64,000 nucleotides of DNA from positions 80,167 to 144,166 of the forward strand of contig JALMLS010000416.1 in the NCBI GenBank assembly GCA_038496445.1, written 5' to 3'. Below are positions 41,120 to 53,335 of this stretch, piece by piece. The stretch is from Trichosphaerium sp. ATCC 40318. Taxonomy: Eukaryota > Protista > Tubulinea. The position numbers and the translations under genes were made by a program. The notes under the pieces are model-generated. The model was not told the origin of the DNA. It did no database searches and worked only from the letters and a program-made list of their open reading frames with translations. The stretch's first letter is position 1. Every line of letters begins with the position of its first letter.

Positions 41120-41556
41120 AGTTGTCAAGATGCTGATTTAATAAACAAACTGTCCAAATTATGCCATTTTCTCGTCGAATTTTTTAATTTGTTGTATCAG
41201 AAAAACCGTCAAAAAATTAACAGAAAACTCGTGTTTTTTTGGAATACTCACGATTTCTTTTAAACGTGCGTTCTATGTAAGAGGTTATTAAATCACGTAG
41301 AGGTTGTAATAGTTTTTTTCTGGCTATATATGAGCAATTAAGTTACATCTACAGATTGGAGTAAGTGTTTGTGTTTTGAGCTATTTGTCCGCTTTATCAA
41401 TATACATTTATTGTCTTACATAGAAAATAATTTAAAGACGGTCTCAAAGGGGCTGATATTAACACATATAGTATGTTTTCAATGTCAGAAATTTATTTGT
41501 TACAATGCGAAACAAGGCCAAAAATAAAAAACCAGGGTTCAGAAAAAAAAAGTTAT

Positions 41557-44500
41557 TTACAGATTATCACTACCACCATTTAAATTATGGGTTAGTAGTT
41601 TCAAAATATGTTCAAAAGATGGTCTCTCATCAGGATCAAATGACCAACATTCAAGTAATATATCATATAACCAAGCAGGAGTACGTGAAGGTATTACAGG
41701 GTGATACCCTTCATCACGAATTTTCTTTAAAGTAGCCAACATATCTTGTGCATTAGCATGTGGCTCTATACCAGCCTATTGAAGAATATCAGTTAGTGAC
41801 TGACATACTCTTTTAATAATTCGATTTACCAGTAGTTCATATGCGACACACCCAAACATCCATGTATCTGATGCAACAGAGTACACACGTGAAAGAGATT
41901 CTGGAGCCATCCAACTGAAAGTTTGTTTTAGCCTAACTATGAAAAAAGTTTTTTTTTACGCTTACCGTACTGGCCCTACATTGGCTTTTGTCATGCCTTT
42001 ACCTGATTTTACTGTTCTAGAAAATCCAAAGTCTGATACTTTAGGTATCAGTGTATTATTGGTCTGTTGTAAGAGTATATTTCTACAAGCCAAATCCCTA
42101 GCCAGATTAGCTTTTTTTTTGGAAGAATTCTAGCTTTGTTGCAACACGCCTATGAATGATTTTCTCCTTGTGTATATGTAAAACACCCCGTGCTATACCT
42201 ATTAACATAGATACACACATTTCTATACTTATACGTGGTCTTGAAAATGCTATAGCATCAAGAGAACCTCCAGAAAGGTACCTTAAGATAAAGTTAACTT
42301 GGCTGTATTTCTTTTGTCTAAAATTAAACCGTACTCCATAACAAAACAAGTCATAGTATCATCGAGTACAATACCATAAAGTTGAACTACATTTGGATGC
42401 GGTCTCAGTTGATTCATTACACTAATTTCTGATATAAAGTCAGAAAGTAATTCTTGCTGTACTTCCAATCCTGTTTTTACAGCAACGTCAATCGCTCTCC
42501 ATTTCCTGTTTTAGAAATAAGTTTAAAACATTCACAATAATATTTTAATAATTTTACCCTTTATGAACAACGCCATAGGTACCTCTACCTAACTCGTTAC
42601 CTATCGATACTTCACTTGAGTCTATTTTCCATTTTTTCAAAGCAGCATTTCCGAAATCTTTTTCATACTTTGCACAAACGTTATGAATAGCCTCTTCTTT
42701 TGTTGTGAGGGCTGTGTTATCATATAAAGTAGAGTCTAAAAAGTAAAGAGTAAATCAATTATTATCTGTCTGTGAGTGCCAAGCTCTTAAGTTTTTTGGT
42801 GTACCATTTTCCGACTTCCTAATTTTAAACACAACAAATACAGTAATTATGGCTATAATTATTATCACAGCTATTGTTACACCAACTAATATTGGTACTA
42901 TATTAAGAGATTTTCCTTTTTGATTATCTGAAGTCTCTTCTGTTGGTGGTACAGGTGGGAGAATATCCACTAAGAAAAAAATGAGAATATGTATTCCCAA
43001 AAGAAAAACATACATTGCCATTGTTGGACAAACGGTTTCGCATCAAAAGTCAGGAATTGATTAGTAAAAGTAACCCAAAGAGAGTTTCTATCTTCAATGA
43101 GAATACTTCCGGCCACTATGAAAAAGTGAGCAATCATTGAAAATATACAAGGTGCAAATAAAAGAATATTATTCTCCTTACTTCCAACAGCGAATATGCC
43201 TCCATCAGTGATAGTTTTGGATACATATAACAGTGATGTATCATTTATGCCTTTTATAACCAAGTATAAAGGTTCATAGGCACGTGCTGTAAGGCCTCCA
43301 AAAGAGTATCCAAGTACGCACATATCGCCAGCAGGAAGCACAGAATAAGGGCCAAAACCATGGATGTATAAGTTCCCTATAATAATATCTACAAGCTCTA
43401 TATTATAATTCTCTGTTACTTCTGCAATACTGTAGTTAAGCATATGTATTGTGACTAGAAAAGAGCGTTAGCACATACAATCGTAGGCTAGTTTTTTGGT
43501 TTTTTGTAATTGTTTTTTTGAAAAAATTACCTTTAACAGATGTGGGTAAGACTTCGTCAAGTACCTGATTTGTTTGTATCAGAGGATTTGTCAAACCTAC
43601 GTATAAATAATTAGTATGTAATAATGATGAATTTTACGTACTAACTACGAGTTGTTGTTTGTTTTCGGTGTGCGTAAAAAAGAAATGAGATATGTATTTA
43701 TGAGCTAACCAGTCTCCTTTTGTGTTATTTAATGGGTTCAAAACTTCTCCAATATCATTAAAAGATATATCCAAAGTTTTAATAAATAATTGATCGCCTT
43801 CAAGCCAAGCCATAACAAGATTTTCTCCATTCAATACAATCTTTGGGCATTTTATTGAAGAATTTCTTGGAATTATTCTTTCATTCGTAATCCGATCAAA
43901 GTCAATGGTACGCAGGTGAAGTATTGTATCATTTTCATAATCTACGTTGACTATAACACATGTTGTATTATCTCCGAATACTTCAAAGTCCATCAACTGA
44001 GCATACGCGAAATCTGAAGTCGGCCTGTAAAAAACCAGAATTAAAAAAAACCCTTCACAACTTGCTCGTTTGTTTAAACTGAGCTAACTTTGACTCACTT
44101 ACCACTTTGAGGTAGAAAAGAGTGCAGTCTGATTATATGTTCCTCGTGGTATATCTAAGTCTATTGCATATACTTGTTGTCTAGGGTCAGGCTGGCTCGG
44201 TGATTTTTCATGAAAAACATGCAAGCAATGAACCGTGTCAATAGAAGTGAATGTGCAATACAACAGCCTTTCTGTTCCAGTCTCAGCAAACCTAGAACTA
44301 TTTGTGATCATAGGGTCATAGTACGATACATTTCCCATGGGCCTAACAAGAATTTAACGGCTGTTAAGCTAAGCGAAGCGGAAACTAAGTTTTTTCGAGT
44401 TGTTGGCTTACCAGCAATCGCCTAATGTAGTAAGCTTGTTATTATCGTCCATGCGCTGTATACTAAGGCATGACGGAGCTGTACTGAGCTCGTTTTTGAT

Positions 44501-44728
44501 TTCAATGATGCTCAGAAAATAATATTTTCCGTCTGTGGTGTTTAACGCTGAAATAGCTGAAAATGCGTTCTTTAGATCCTCTACTTAGCGTCAGATTACG
44601 TTTTGTAATTATTTCGCGAAGAATTCTTGATTACCGCCAGGTACGGCTCGTAACGTGTTTATAGGGTATTGAGCGCTACATAGAGCAAGAATTAGAGCTA
44701 CAGCAAGTATTTTCGTATACAAGAACAT
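41557..44728 (-). CDS. Receptor kinase (TKL/tyrosine-kinase-like) with large ectodomain and single TM
   Basis: Signal peptide; TM IVPILVGVTIAVIIIIAII; LGRGTYGV, VAVK, HPNVVQLYG, HRDLACRNIL, KVSDFG, GPVRWMAPES, CWSFDPDERPSF. Confidence 0.9.
42098..42149 (-). other. GC-AG intron (donor GCGTGT) inside the kinase HRD motif
   Basis: Only CAT AG|gc...tag|G GAT restores HRDLACRN. Confidence 0.85.
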
Positions 44729-45031
44729 CTCATAGCGTTTAGAATTATCCCCGTGATGTATTAGTAGCCAGAAAACAATTAGTAGTTGTTGTATTGCCAA
44801 TAAGCCTATTTAATAGCATTTCATGAAATGCAGTTAAGTACTACCCCAAAAACATCTGTTTTTCCAACAATCGTGTTGCATCCTCTACACAACCTCCAAC
44901 AGCTACACTTGTGGTGAAGTAAAGACACATGCATTACAATACTATAACAGTATTTTTTTGTCTACCTATGCCTCAGAGGTATTTACAAGACAACATTAAA
45001 ACATCCTTGGATGGTAAAACTATTTATTATG

Positions 45032-46316
45032 TTACATGTCTTTCCAAGGACATTTCTCAGGATGGCAAGTGAGACAAGGCATGCTCAAAGAAAATTGGTG
45101 CTCCCCGCAATCGTCGCAGTGCCATTCTCTATAATCACCTGTACATTCTCCAAATGACTCGCACTTACAACAGTGATTGTGAAACTTACCACAATCTACA
45201 ATGTAAATGTAAGCAGATTTTAAAAGACTCAGTTTCAGTCCATACCTGAGCGGAACTCTCCAGAGCATAGTTCTGAAATATAAAATCGTATATCGCAATC
45301 TTCACATTTAGAAGCACCTCCTCTAGGACCATTTTCGTCTTCATAGTCGCCACCGTAGTCAGGTTGCAAAATCTTTGTATAAAATAAGCCACATATTTCA
45401 AATATGACCGTACCAAGCGCCTGTACGTTGTAGTACATCCATCTTTTCCACACACCGGACAATCAAAAGTTCTGGGGAGTTTCTGATTGAGGTTTGAGGT
45501 TGGTAGTTTCAAGAATCTAGAAGCTAATCAACAAAATATTCCAACTTTACATTAAACAAAAAAATTATAAGCAATAAAATCTAAACGAACCCACGAGCAA
45601 TGGCAGCCATACAACACCAACTTGCTTCCGATACATGATGCTTAGCCATACCAAGAGACATCAGCTTTTGTTGCACTCTTCTAACTTCAGGAGGAAAAAC
45701 TTCGGATGTATTTGGTCCACATTGATATGGTCCATACCGCTGAAACCTCATGCCAATATGTCCCCAAAGCACAGGTGGCTTTTTCTGGTGTACTAAAAAT
45801 CCATTAAAACCTGAGAAAACTAAAAATCTGTGCCAGAGTTATTTTGAAGCGATTCTATTGCTTCAAGACACTACTACAGCCAAATAAAGTTTGCTGCTTG
45901 TAAGAAAATCTTTTCGAAGAAAAAAAAACACGTGTTTGCAGACGTTAGAATGTTTACCATATGGATCAAGAATACGGTCTATTAACTGTGATTTACGGCC
46001 TGATTTTGGGACGTTGAGTGCATCACAGATTACTTTTAATTCTCCAACTTTTTTTTCGTTTAATTCTTCCTCAGAGTACTCATCTTGTATTTCTCGTCGT
46101 CATCTGAAGAATCATCTACATTTAACCATATCTAAACGGTTTGTAAATGAAAAGAGCGTTTGTGCAGTTTTTCATGAAATACAAACCGTTGAGTGTTTTC
46201 AGTACCTTTCTGCGCTTTTCAGGCGAATTAGAGTCGTCTACGCGTTTTCGTTAGTTTTTGTTCTCAAAAGTGCCTTATGCACCTGGCGCTTTTCGTTTAC
46301 TGCTCTTCTTGCTCAT
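45032..46316 (-). CDS. SAP-domain + Cys-rich (multiple CxxC) protein; apparent 1-nt frameshift near 46095
   Basis: LNEKKVGELKVICDALNVPKSGRKSQLIDRI (SAP), with C-terminal CPVC, CEDC, CCKC, HCDDC and CLTC. Confidence 0.65.
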
Positions 46317-46729
46317 CTTAACGTTAAGAAACTATGATCTGTGATTGATAGCAAGGCTTAACTGAGTTAAGTTCACTTGAAGCAAAATAAACAGTGCAAC
46401 TTTGACTATAATGTCATTCAGAGTGCAATTGTGTACACACGATATTCTCACTGTGTATCATCTTACGCCATGGCAATAACTCAAAGCACACTTGAACAAA
46501 GGATGCTTTAGCAGAAACGGTGGTTGTAAACAAAACAAAAGTATTATAATGTTACAACGGTTGGTTTGCACGTGATGAACATCTTCATGTGTTGTAAATG
46601 CGAGTCCTGTGCTGTATCAAAAAATACACATTTATTAGTTTGAAGTACATTCCCTGAAACAGTAACACGACAAAATTAATACTACATAATTTCCGTAATG
46701 GCTGACACTTTTTGTATTGTTTTGTAATT

Positions 46730-48535
46730 TTAACCCCATGCTTGAATAATGCGCTCATTCTTTGTAATTACAATATCTTCCCAAGGAATCTTGGTAATCG
46801 GACTTGTAACTTTTCTTGGTTTCAAGGATTTCAAGTCCCACGAGTTCACTTTACCGCCATATCTAGATAAAAAAAAAGTTACAAAAATGAAAAGTACTTT
46901 GTTTTGTTCATTGTGACTTTGATTAATTTCTTATTAAAGACTCTAGGATGATTTTGTGCGTACAAGAAAAGATTATTACAAAAACAAAATTTTGTAGTAA
47001 ATATCACGTGCAAGGCTACTGACCATTTTCGTTTAAAGTTTCGTGGTAAAATAACAAATCAAAAAAAATAAACTTACCCTTCTGAGTAACTGTACAGGTG
47101 ATAACCTGCCTTCAAGAAATCTTCCATAAATTTTAATTTCTTTGCTCCTTCAATATGCATTTTAAACTACACCAAAACCATTAGCAACGCAGTGAACATC
47201 ACACAAACTTTTTTTTTTTTTTTTCCAACTGGTACCTCACAAACGATAGTGTTAACACCCATTGTAATGAGTTTTTTAGCGCCAGCAAATACAAGGTGCT
47301 CATAACCTTCAGTATCGATTTTAATATAGTAAGGCACTTCAGGATTATCCACCATGAAACTGATAAAACAAATTAAAATGGAAATCACTCAAAAAAGAAA
47401 AAAGCAATATTAGAATATCGCACTTGTCCAATGTTATCTTATTAACTGGTGGTTGATTTTTACTCTGAGATCCTGATACTGAAGAGAAACCTATTCCAAT
47501 TAAAAAACGACACTATTTTGCTCAAAATAAAATATAAACTATCACGTGATACGCAAAAAAAAAAAACAAACTTAAAGGCGAAGGTTTCGATTATTTTTAC
47601 GCTCAACACCTGGTCTTGTTGTAAAAGAAAAACTGTACCGCTTTGATCGCATCTAAAGTTGAGAAAAACAGTTTCTTCCTTTTCACCAACAGCTACAGTG
47701 TGTAGTTGAAGCTGGTTCATAGGTATGTTATTAACAAGCCTACTAATACGCAAGTGCTCCATATTCCACACAGAAGGGTCAAAAGCGTGAACATTACAAC
47801 CCATATTCGCTAACAGACTTCAATACAAAATGATAAAGTAAAAAAAAAAGAAAAACACTCGTATTCGTCTTCATACCCATCCAAATTGCGTAAAACCCAA
47901 TGTTAGCTCCAACATCGTATACCATTGTATTACCATCGTTACATTTATCCTTCTACGGCAGTATTAGAACATTCAAAGACATCTTAAGGGAAATATTGTT
48001 ATCACGTGCCAATAAGTTGTATACAATGATAGATTCAGCAGGTGCAAACATGCCAACGTCCCTTCACGTGTTTAATAAAGAGCTAGGTACACTAGAGATT
48101 TAATCGTACTTTACGTTCTGTCCTATTGAGTTTTTACATTTAGATTTAGCTGATGGCGTAGCGTATAGGCTCGGAGGTTTTGTGTCAGCCTAGTAAGTTA
48201 TTTAGTAAAATTTGTGAAGGTTTCTCACAAGAAATAGAATAAAAACAAATAAAGAAGGCTCCGCACCTTGGCCACCTCCACGCCTGCTTTCCATATATTA
48301 AATTCAAGCACTTCTAATCGCTCTTGATCTTCTTTTTCGTTATCACGTGGTACTACGTGCTTAGTACGGCAAGGTTTCTCTACTACTGAAGTCTACGAAA
48401 GGTGTTAATTCCAAAAATGAGCAACGTGGCAGTACATACGGTTTGACTTCCTCCAGAGTATGTAAATGATACAAGGAGAACAGAGATAGCAACAAGAGCG
48501 CAAATGCCGATCGCATACTGCCGATTGACTGCCAT
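46730..48535 (-). CDS. FkbM-family (Methyltransf_21) SAM-dependent methyltransferase with N-terminal signal anchor
   Basis: VYDVGANIGFY, VHAFDPS, AVGE, YIKIDTEGYEHLVFAGA. Confidence 0.9.
47953..48009 (-). other. GC-AG intron (donor GCACGTGATA)
   Basis: Splicing restores AESIIVYNLL|KDKCNDGNTMVYDVGANIG. Confidence 0.8.
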
Positions 48536-49005
48536 TGGGAATATCGGCGAAACCTGTACGTCACGACTTGTCAAGACTATTAAACATACCAGAATTGTCA
48601 CGTCTAATATGTACTAATGTGCATGTGAATCACGACGTCATCAACATCTTCTTTTTCACTATTTTCAAGGGATGGAAAGGCAGCAGCGTTTTTGAAGCGA
48701 GATGACAAAATAAAAAGAGGTACATATTCGCTTTACTTAAATACTTGTTGCTGAAGTTAGAACAGGATAGTTCCACGTGATATTTTCGTAGGTCATTGTA
48801 ATGTACTACACGTTGGTTTGTGTGCAATAGTTATTTATTGCTAGAGTGTTTACACCTACACTGGCGATGAACGCAGTTTTGCAATGCAGTTCTTGTTTTT
48901 TTCTGCTTTTTTTTATGAAAACAGCTTTGTTTTTGTTCTACTGCCAGTGTAAACTATCGCTTTTTGGAGGCGATGATGACAGTACGTGCTATATACATGC
49001 AAGGC

Positions 49006-49089
49006 GCATGTTTGACCGAGTGGTTTATGGTGAACGGTTTAGGTCCGTTTGGGAGTCATCCCGCGCAGGTTCGAATCCTGCAACATGCA
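49006..49089 (+). tRNA. trnL-TAG: tRNA-Leu(TAG)
   Basis: Acceptor stem GCATGTT/AACATGC, anticodon arm AACGG-TTTAGGT-CCGTT, variable arm GGGA/TCCC, T-arm GGTTCGAATCC, downstream TTTTT. Confidence 0.96.
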
Positions 49090-49481
49090 ATTTTTGTTAA
49101 ACTACAGCTGACTTTACGTGCACAAACTTACCAATTACAGTACATAACCTACGCAATTCTAACACCAAGGTTTAAAACAGTACGGCCAAAATTTTTCCAT
49201 ATCGTATGTGTCAGAGAACGATTTGCGTACGAGAGAAACACGAAATCGTTTTATTGGTACGTTGAACAGAGTGCTCAATAGGCTCTAATTTTGGTACACT
49301 TGGCATCAATAAGCTCAGCTCTGTTGTAAACTACTAGAACGTCCTGGGTGTAATGAAGGAGCTCCGAAATAACAACGTTACATGGCTCCTATTAATGGTA
49401 AGTCACATGTTTGCGCTAAAACTATTCTAAGAAAAAGTTGTAGACAAAGATAGGTGATACAACTTATGACAATACCATTAT

Positions 49482-51952
49482 TTATTGTTTATACACCTTG
49501 AGCACCTTTGTAGGTGTGTAACCTTTACTTTGTTGATATCCATGCGCATTTGAGACAATTCTAGTTCCATCAATGACCATATCGTGGAACCAATGAGTGT
49601 GCCTACAACAAGAAATCAGTAACAGCACGTGGACTTGAAAAGCGTACCCATAACACCATAATGATACTGGAGACCCAAATAACTCCCTGTAGAAGAAATT
49701 TAACAAAGGGATAAAATATACGTCATCTAGGATTGGTAACAAAGCCTGAGCACTCAGAAACGAACAGCAAAAAAAATTGTAAATGATGTTTTTTTGAAAT
49801 CACTCTTGGTACCTGAGGTTAGTACCAAATGCATGGTTTGTTAAGCTGTTCCAAAAATCAGGATTAGAACATCCCATACCGATAACAGGAGCATGATGTG
49901 TAAGTACAATAACTTGTTGGTTCTCTTCCTTTGCTTTTGCAATCTCGGATTTAATAAACTTGCTTTCTGCTTCAAACCACTTATTAGTATCATCAGGTGT
50001 TATAACACGCGGTTCATCATCTCCTTCTAAAAAAATACAATAAGTATACTGCCTTTAAAACCTCATCAACACGTGATTTGTGCTTTTTTCAGTGAAAGAA
50101 ACAACGCCAAAAAAAACTCTTCAAAAAAAACAAAACGTGCAGCTTGTGAACTTACCTTTAATTTTAATGTAACGATAATCGTTCAGCTTGTGGCCAATAT
50201 CATCTTTAGCTTCTTTAGAAGGTGCAAAAGACCACATACAAGCACCAATGACTTTAATGCCTTCAAGCATCACAGAACGTGCATTAAGGAATTCTAGGCT
50301 TTCATGCTTATCACATATACTGTTAATAGTTTCATTAACAGCATTGTATTCCCCTTTATAAAACTCATGGTTTCCACTAAGTACAAAAACTTTTTCAAAG
50401 TTTTTTGCTTGTAACAAAAGAAATTGCTCATACTTTTCAGGGTTATGAACAACACCAATGCTTTGATTAAAAATATTAGAAATCACGTGTTATTTTCTGT
50501 AATAAGTCAATTACTTACTCTCCTATTAGAGCAAGGTATTTAGCTTTTGGTTTAATCAATGCATCCAAATCTTCATGTCCAACTTCCAAGTGAATGTCTA
50601 TGAAAGTATGGTTTAAAGAACGTTTCGACTTTTATAGTTTTCACTCATTTTAAAGGTACCTGAGGCAAGTTGAATCTCTAGGCAAGGCTTATCGTTAGGT
50701 ATTGGTTGTATGTCTAGCTCCAAAGCTTTGATAATGTCAGGGCTTATCCGAGAATGGTATTTTTCCTGCATCGTTCGGAACCAGAATTGACTTAATTGCT
50801 TCTTTGTCAAGTTTCTTGAGTACGTTAATGATCGCCTCATCATCTAGTTTACTCTCTTCTAACTTATGTAGAGGTGTATCTCCTTTAGAGTCCCTTTAAA
50901 GCCATTAAAGAGTTAACAGTCGAGCACAAAAGGATGTTAAGTACCGACAAACAAGAACTAAGTCATTGTTAATTTGATCAAAAAGCAATTCAATTGATTT
51001 CGAGTGTCCATGGCGACATGCGCAGTGAAGTGGTGTTTGACCATCTTCCATGGTAACGTTTGTTTCGAATTCATTTTTGAGAAGAATTTCCAAGTGCTTG
51101 TGTTTGCCCTTGATGCAAGCCAAATGCATCATTGTACAACCTATGAAAAAGTCACCAAAAAAAGAGCAATGTCGTTGTGTATTCGATTACTCACCGTCTG
51201 TACTTGATATAGTTGTTTTAAGTTGTTTAGTAGCTATTAGAGTTTCTATGGCCGTGGTAGAGTTGCACATTATGCTCATATGACCTGCTGACTCGCCTTT
51301 ACCATTCTACAAAAAAAAGTTAAAAAGAGGAAAATATTACGTGTGCTTTTCCGAAAGGTTTCGCCTCGCCGTGGTTATCTTACCTTTATATTCAAATACT
51401 CAGCTTTACAAGTCGCTTCTACAATATGCTTCAAACAACTAGTATGCTCATCAGACTTTCTTACAGCCTGCACGTGGTAATAAAGTCAGAAAAAGTTTAA
51501 AACAAGCGCAAAGTACCAAGTGAAGTGGTGTCAATCCTAAGTCGTTACAAGCCATAAGCTGTGACTCATACGGACTCTCAAGCAACGCTAGTACACCTGC
51601 CTCGTATCCAGATTCTACAGCGCAATGTAGAGCTGTGTTCTGATGCAAAAAACCGTTAACTTTGGGAACAGAAATTCTGTAACGCACGTTTTTATTGTTT
51701 GTTTCTCTTGCGTTTGCTCCATTCTCAACGGCGTATTTTATAATGTTCAACCTCTTTTTCTCTACCGCACGATGTATTACATAGTCCCCAGACACTTCAT
51801 CTTGTATTTTCCACAATTCTTGCTTGTGTTTGTTAAAAAGTGCTTGTATTGCGTTTATATCGCCTTTATCTAACGTGTGCTGTTATATAAATGCGTATTA
51901 GCTCTTAAAACGTACCGACTAGATCAAAAGCGTTACTGAGCTTGTTACCCAT
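49482..51952 (-). CDS. Ankyrin-repeat + calcineurin-like metallophosphoesterase fusion protein
   Basis: MGNKLS start; ANK motifs TALHCAV, GLTPLHL, GQTPLHCAC, GDTPLH; MPP motifs SDIHLE, GDIG, GNHEFY, THHAP, GHTH. Confidence 0.88.
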
Positions 51953-52689
51953 ACTGACGCAAACTATTTTGTACGTGTACAAACGATAGATTGGCAGAGG
52001 TTGCGTTTAAGGTATTTTCGTCAAGTATTAGTGATTCGTGTAAGTTAACTTTGTGCGTCAAAAAAAACGTGCTCTAGAATTTCTGTTGTGTTTCAACCAT
52101 TATCTAGAAATAGGATATAGAACAGGCTTGGTTATGAAAACTTTACAAAAATAATAGCAGAACAGCACGTGTTTTCCAAATACTCGCTGAAACACATTGT
52201 GCTACAGATTTATATCCATAACTCAACATCAGCTGTAGTATTTACATTGATGATACTATGCCCAAATTACAGTTAGTCCGTTTTTTATCACATTTGGAGT
52301 CAAGGTTACGTTACAAAATCTGTATTGTTCACAAAATTGCTTGTAAATTTATCTTCTCTTTGGGTTATTCCATTACCATCTACTCTTTTTGATCCTGTAT
52401 TTATACTACGCAGCTCCTGGTGTTGTGAATACCTGTTGAACAAAAATAACGATCATAGACTGCTATGCAGCGCCTAGTTAAACTATCTGTGGCTCCTTTT
52501 AGAATCAAATACCCTTCAGTCGAACAGGTACAAAAAAATGTCAAGGAGGTGTCCATTCCTAAAATTACGTTTTATTACTCCAGTCTTTTACACATTGGTT
52601 GTACGCCAATACCCCTTTGTAGCTACTGCTTTAATTGTATGGAACTGCTTAATATCCGAGTACTTGGAGATACGTTTTCTATGTAACAA

Positions 52690-53021
52690 AAACAAAAGTA
52701 TCCTCCCTAGGTGAGGACACGGTATTTTTATTTGTTTTCATTCAGATGCACTTCCTAGGTAAGGCCGCTGGTTATTTTTTTTGAGAATTCTTTTTTTTGG
52801 GTACCAAGTAAGGTCTATGTTCACCGATACTTTAAGATCACGGAAGCCGCTCATAGATTTGTTACTATTTTTTTTTTTTTTTTGGATTTTTTATTGGTTT
52901 TATAGACCGACCATTATGTGTCTACTTTCGTCAGCCACTACGAAAGGTTTAGGGGTTTTATGTGAGTCGCTTCGGTTAGTCAAACCGAAACTAGCTGTGG
53001 AGAACTACTTCCATCTGATAT
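52690..53021. repeat. Dispersed structured repeat, copy 2
   Basis: Same blocks as 9916-10171, plus an extra ~80-bp segment bounded by the direct repeat GCCGCT. Confidence 0.8.
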
Positions 53022-53126
53022 CGAGAATATTTTCGTTTCTTTTTATACCCATAAAAACTACACAAAAATAAATTGTGGTATTAATAGAAGCTTCTAAAGG
53101 TTAGTTCACTGAAAATACTATTTTAA

Positions 53127-53335
53127 TTACTCAAATATGGATAATGCACATTTCAAAACTCTCTTAAATGCCTGTGATAGCTATTTACACGCGTGGAAAC
53201 CACATTGGACAAGTTTTGTATCTAAAAGCGTGCAACTAAACGAGAACTTCTTTTTTTAGATACTGAATGTTACTCAAATATGGATAACGCGCATTTGGAA
53301 AAACCACCAACCTTGTACTAGCTATTTTCATGTAT
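53127..53335 (+). repeat. Local imperfect direct repeat (two units of about 65 bp)
   Basis: TTACTCAAATATGGATAAyGCrCATTT...TAGCTATTT at ~53127 and ~53270. Confidence 0.6.

Noticed and set aside
48340-48360. Possible extra GC donor (GCACGTAG) in the FkbM gene
   Set aside because: The frame reads through as exon (TKHVVPRDNEKEDQ).
48846-49281. ORFs overlapping tRNA-Leu(TAG)
   Set aside because: No protein signal; the tRNA explains the region.
52946-52959. Telomere-like GGTTTAGGGG / telomerase template
   Set aside because: It is a single unit and is not conserved in the other repeat copy.
52900-52995. Hammerhead ribozyme (CTGACGA on the minus strand, GAAA after hairpins)
   Set aside because: The core elements are not in the required order on one strand, and CTGACGA is not conserved in copy 1.
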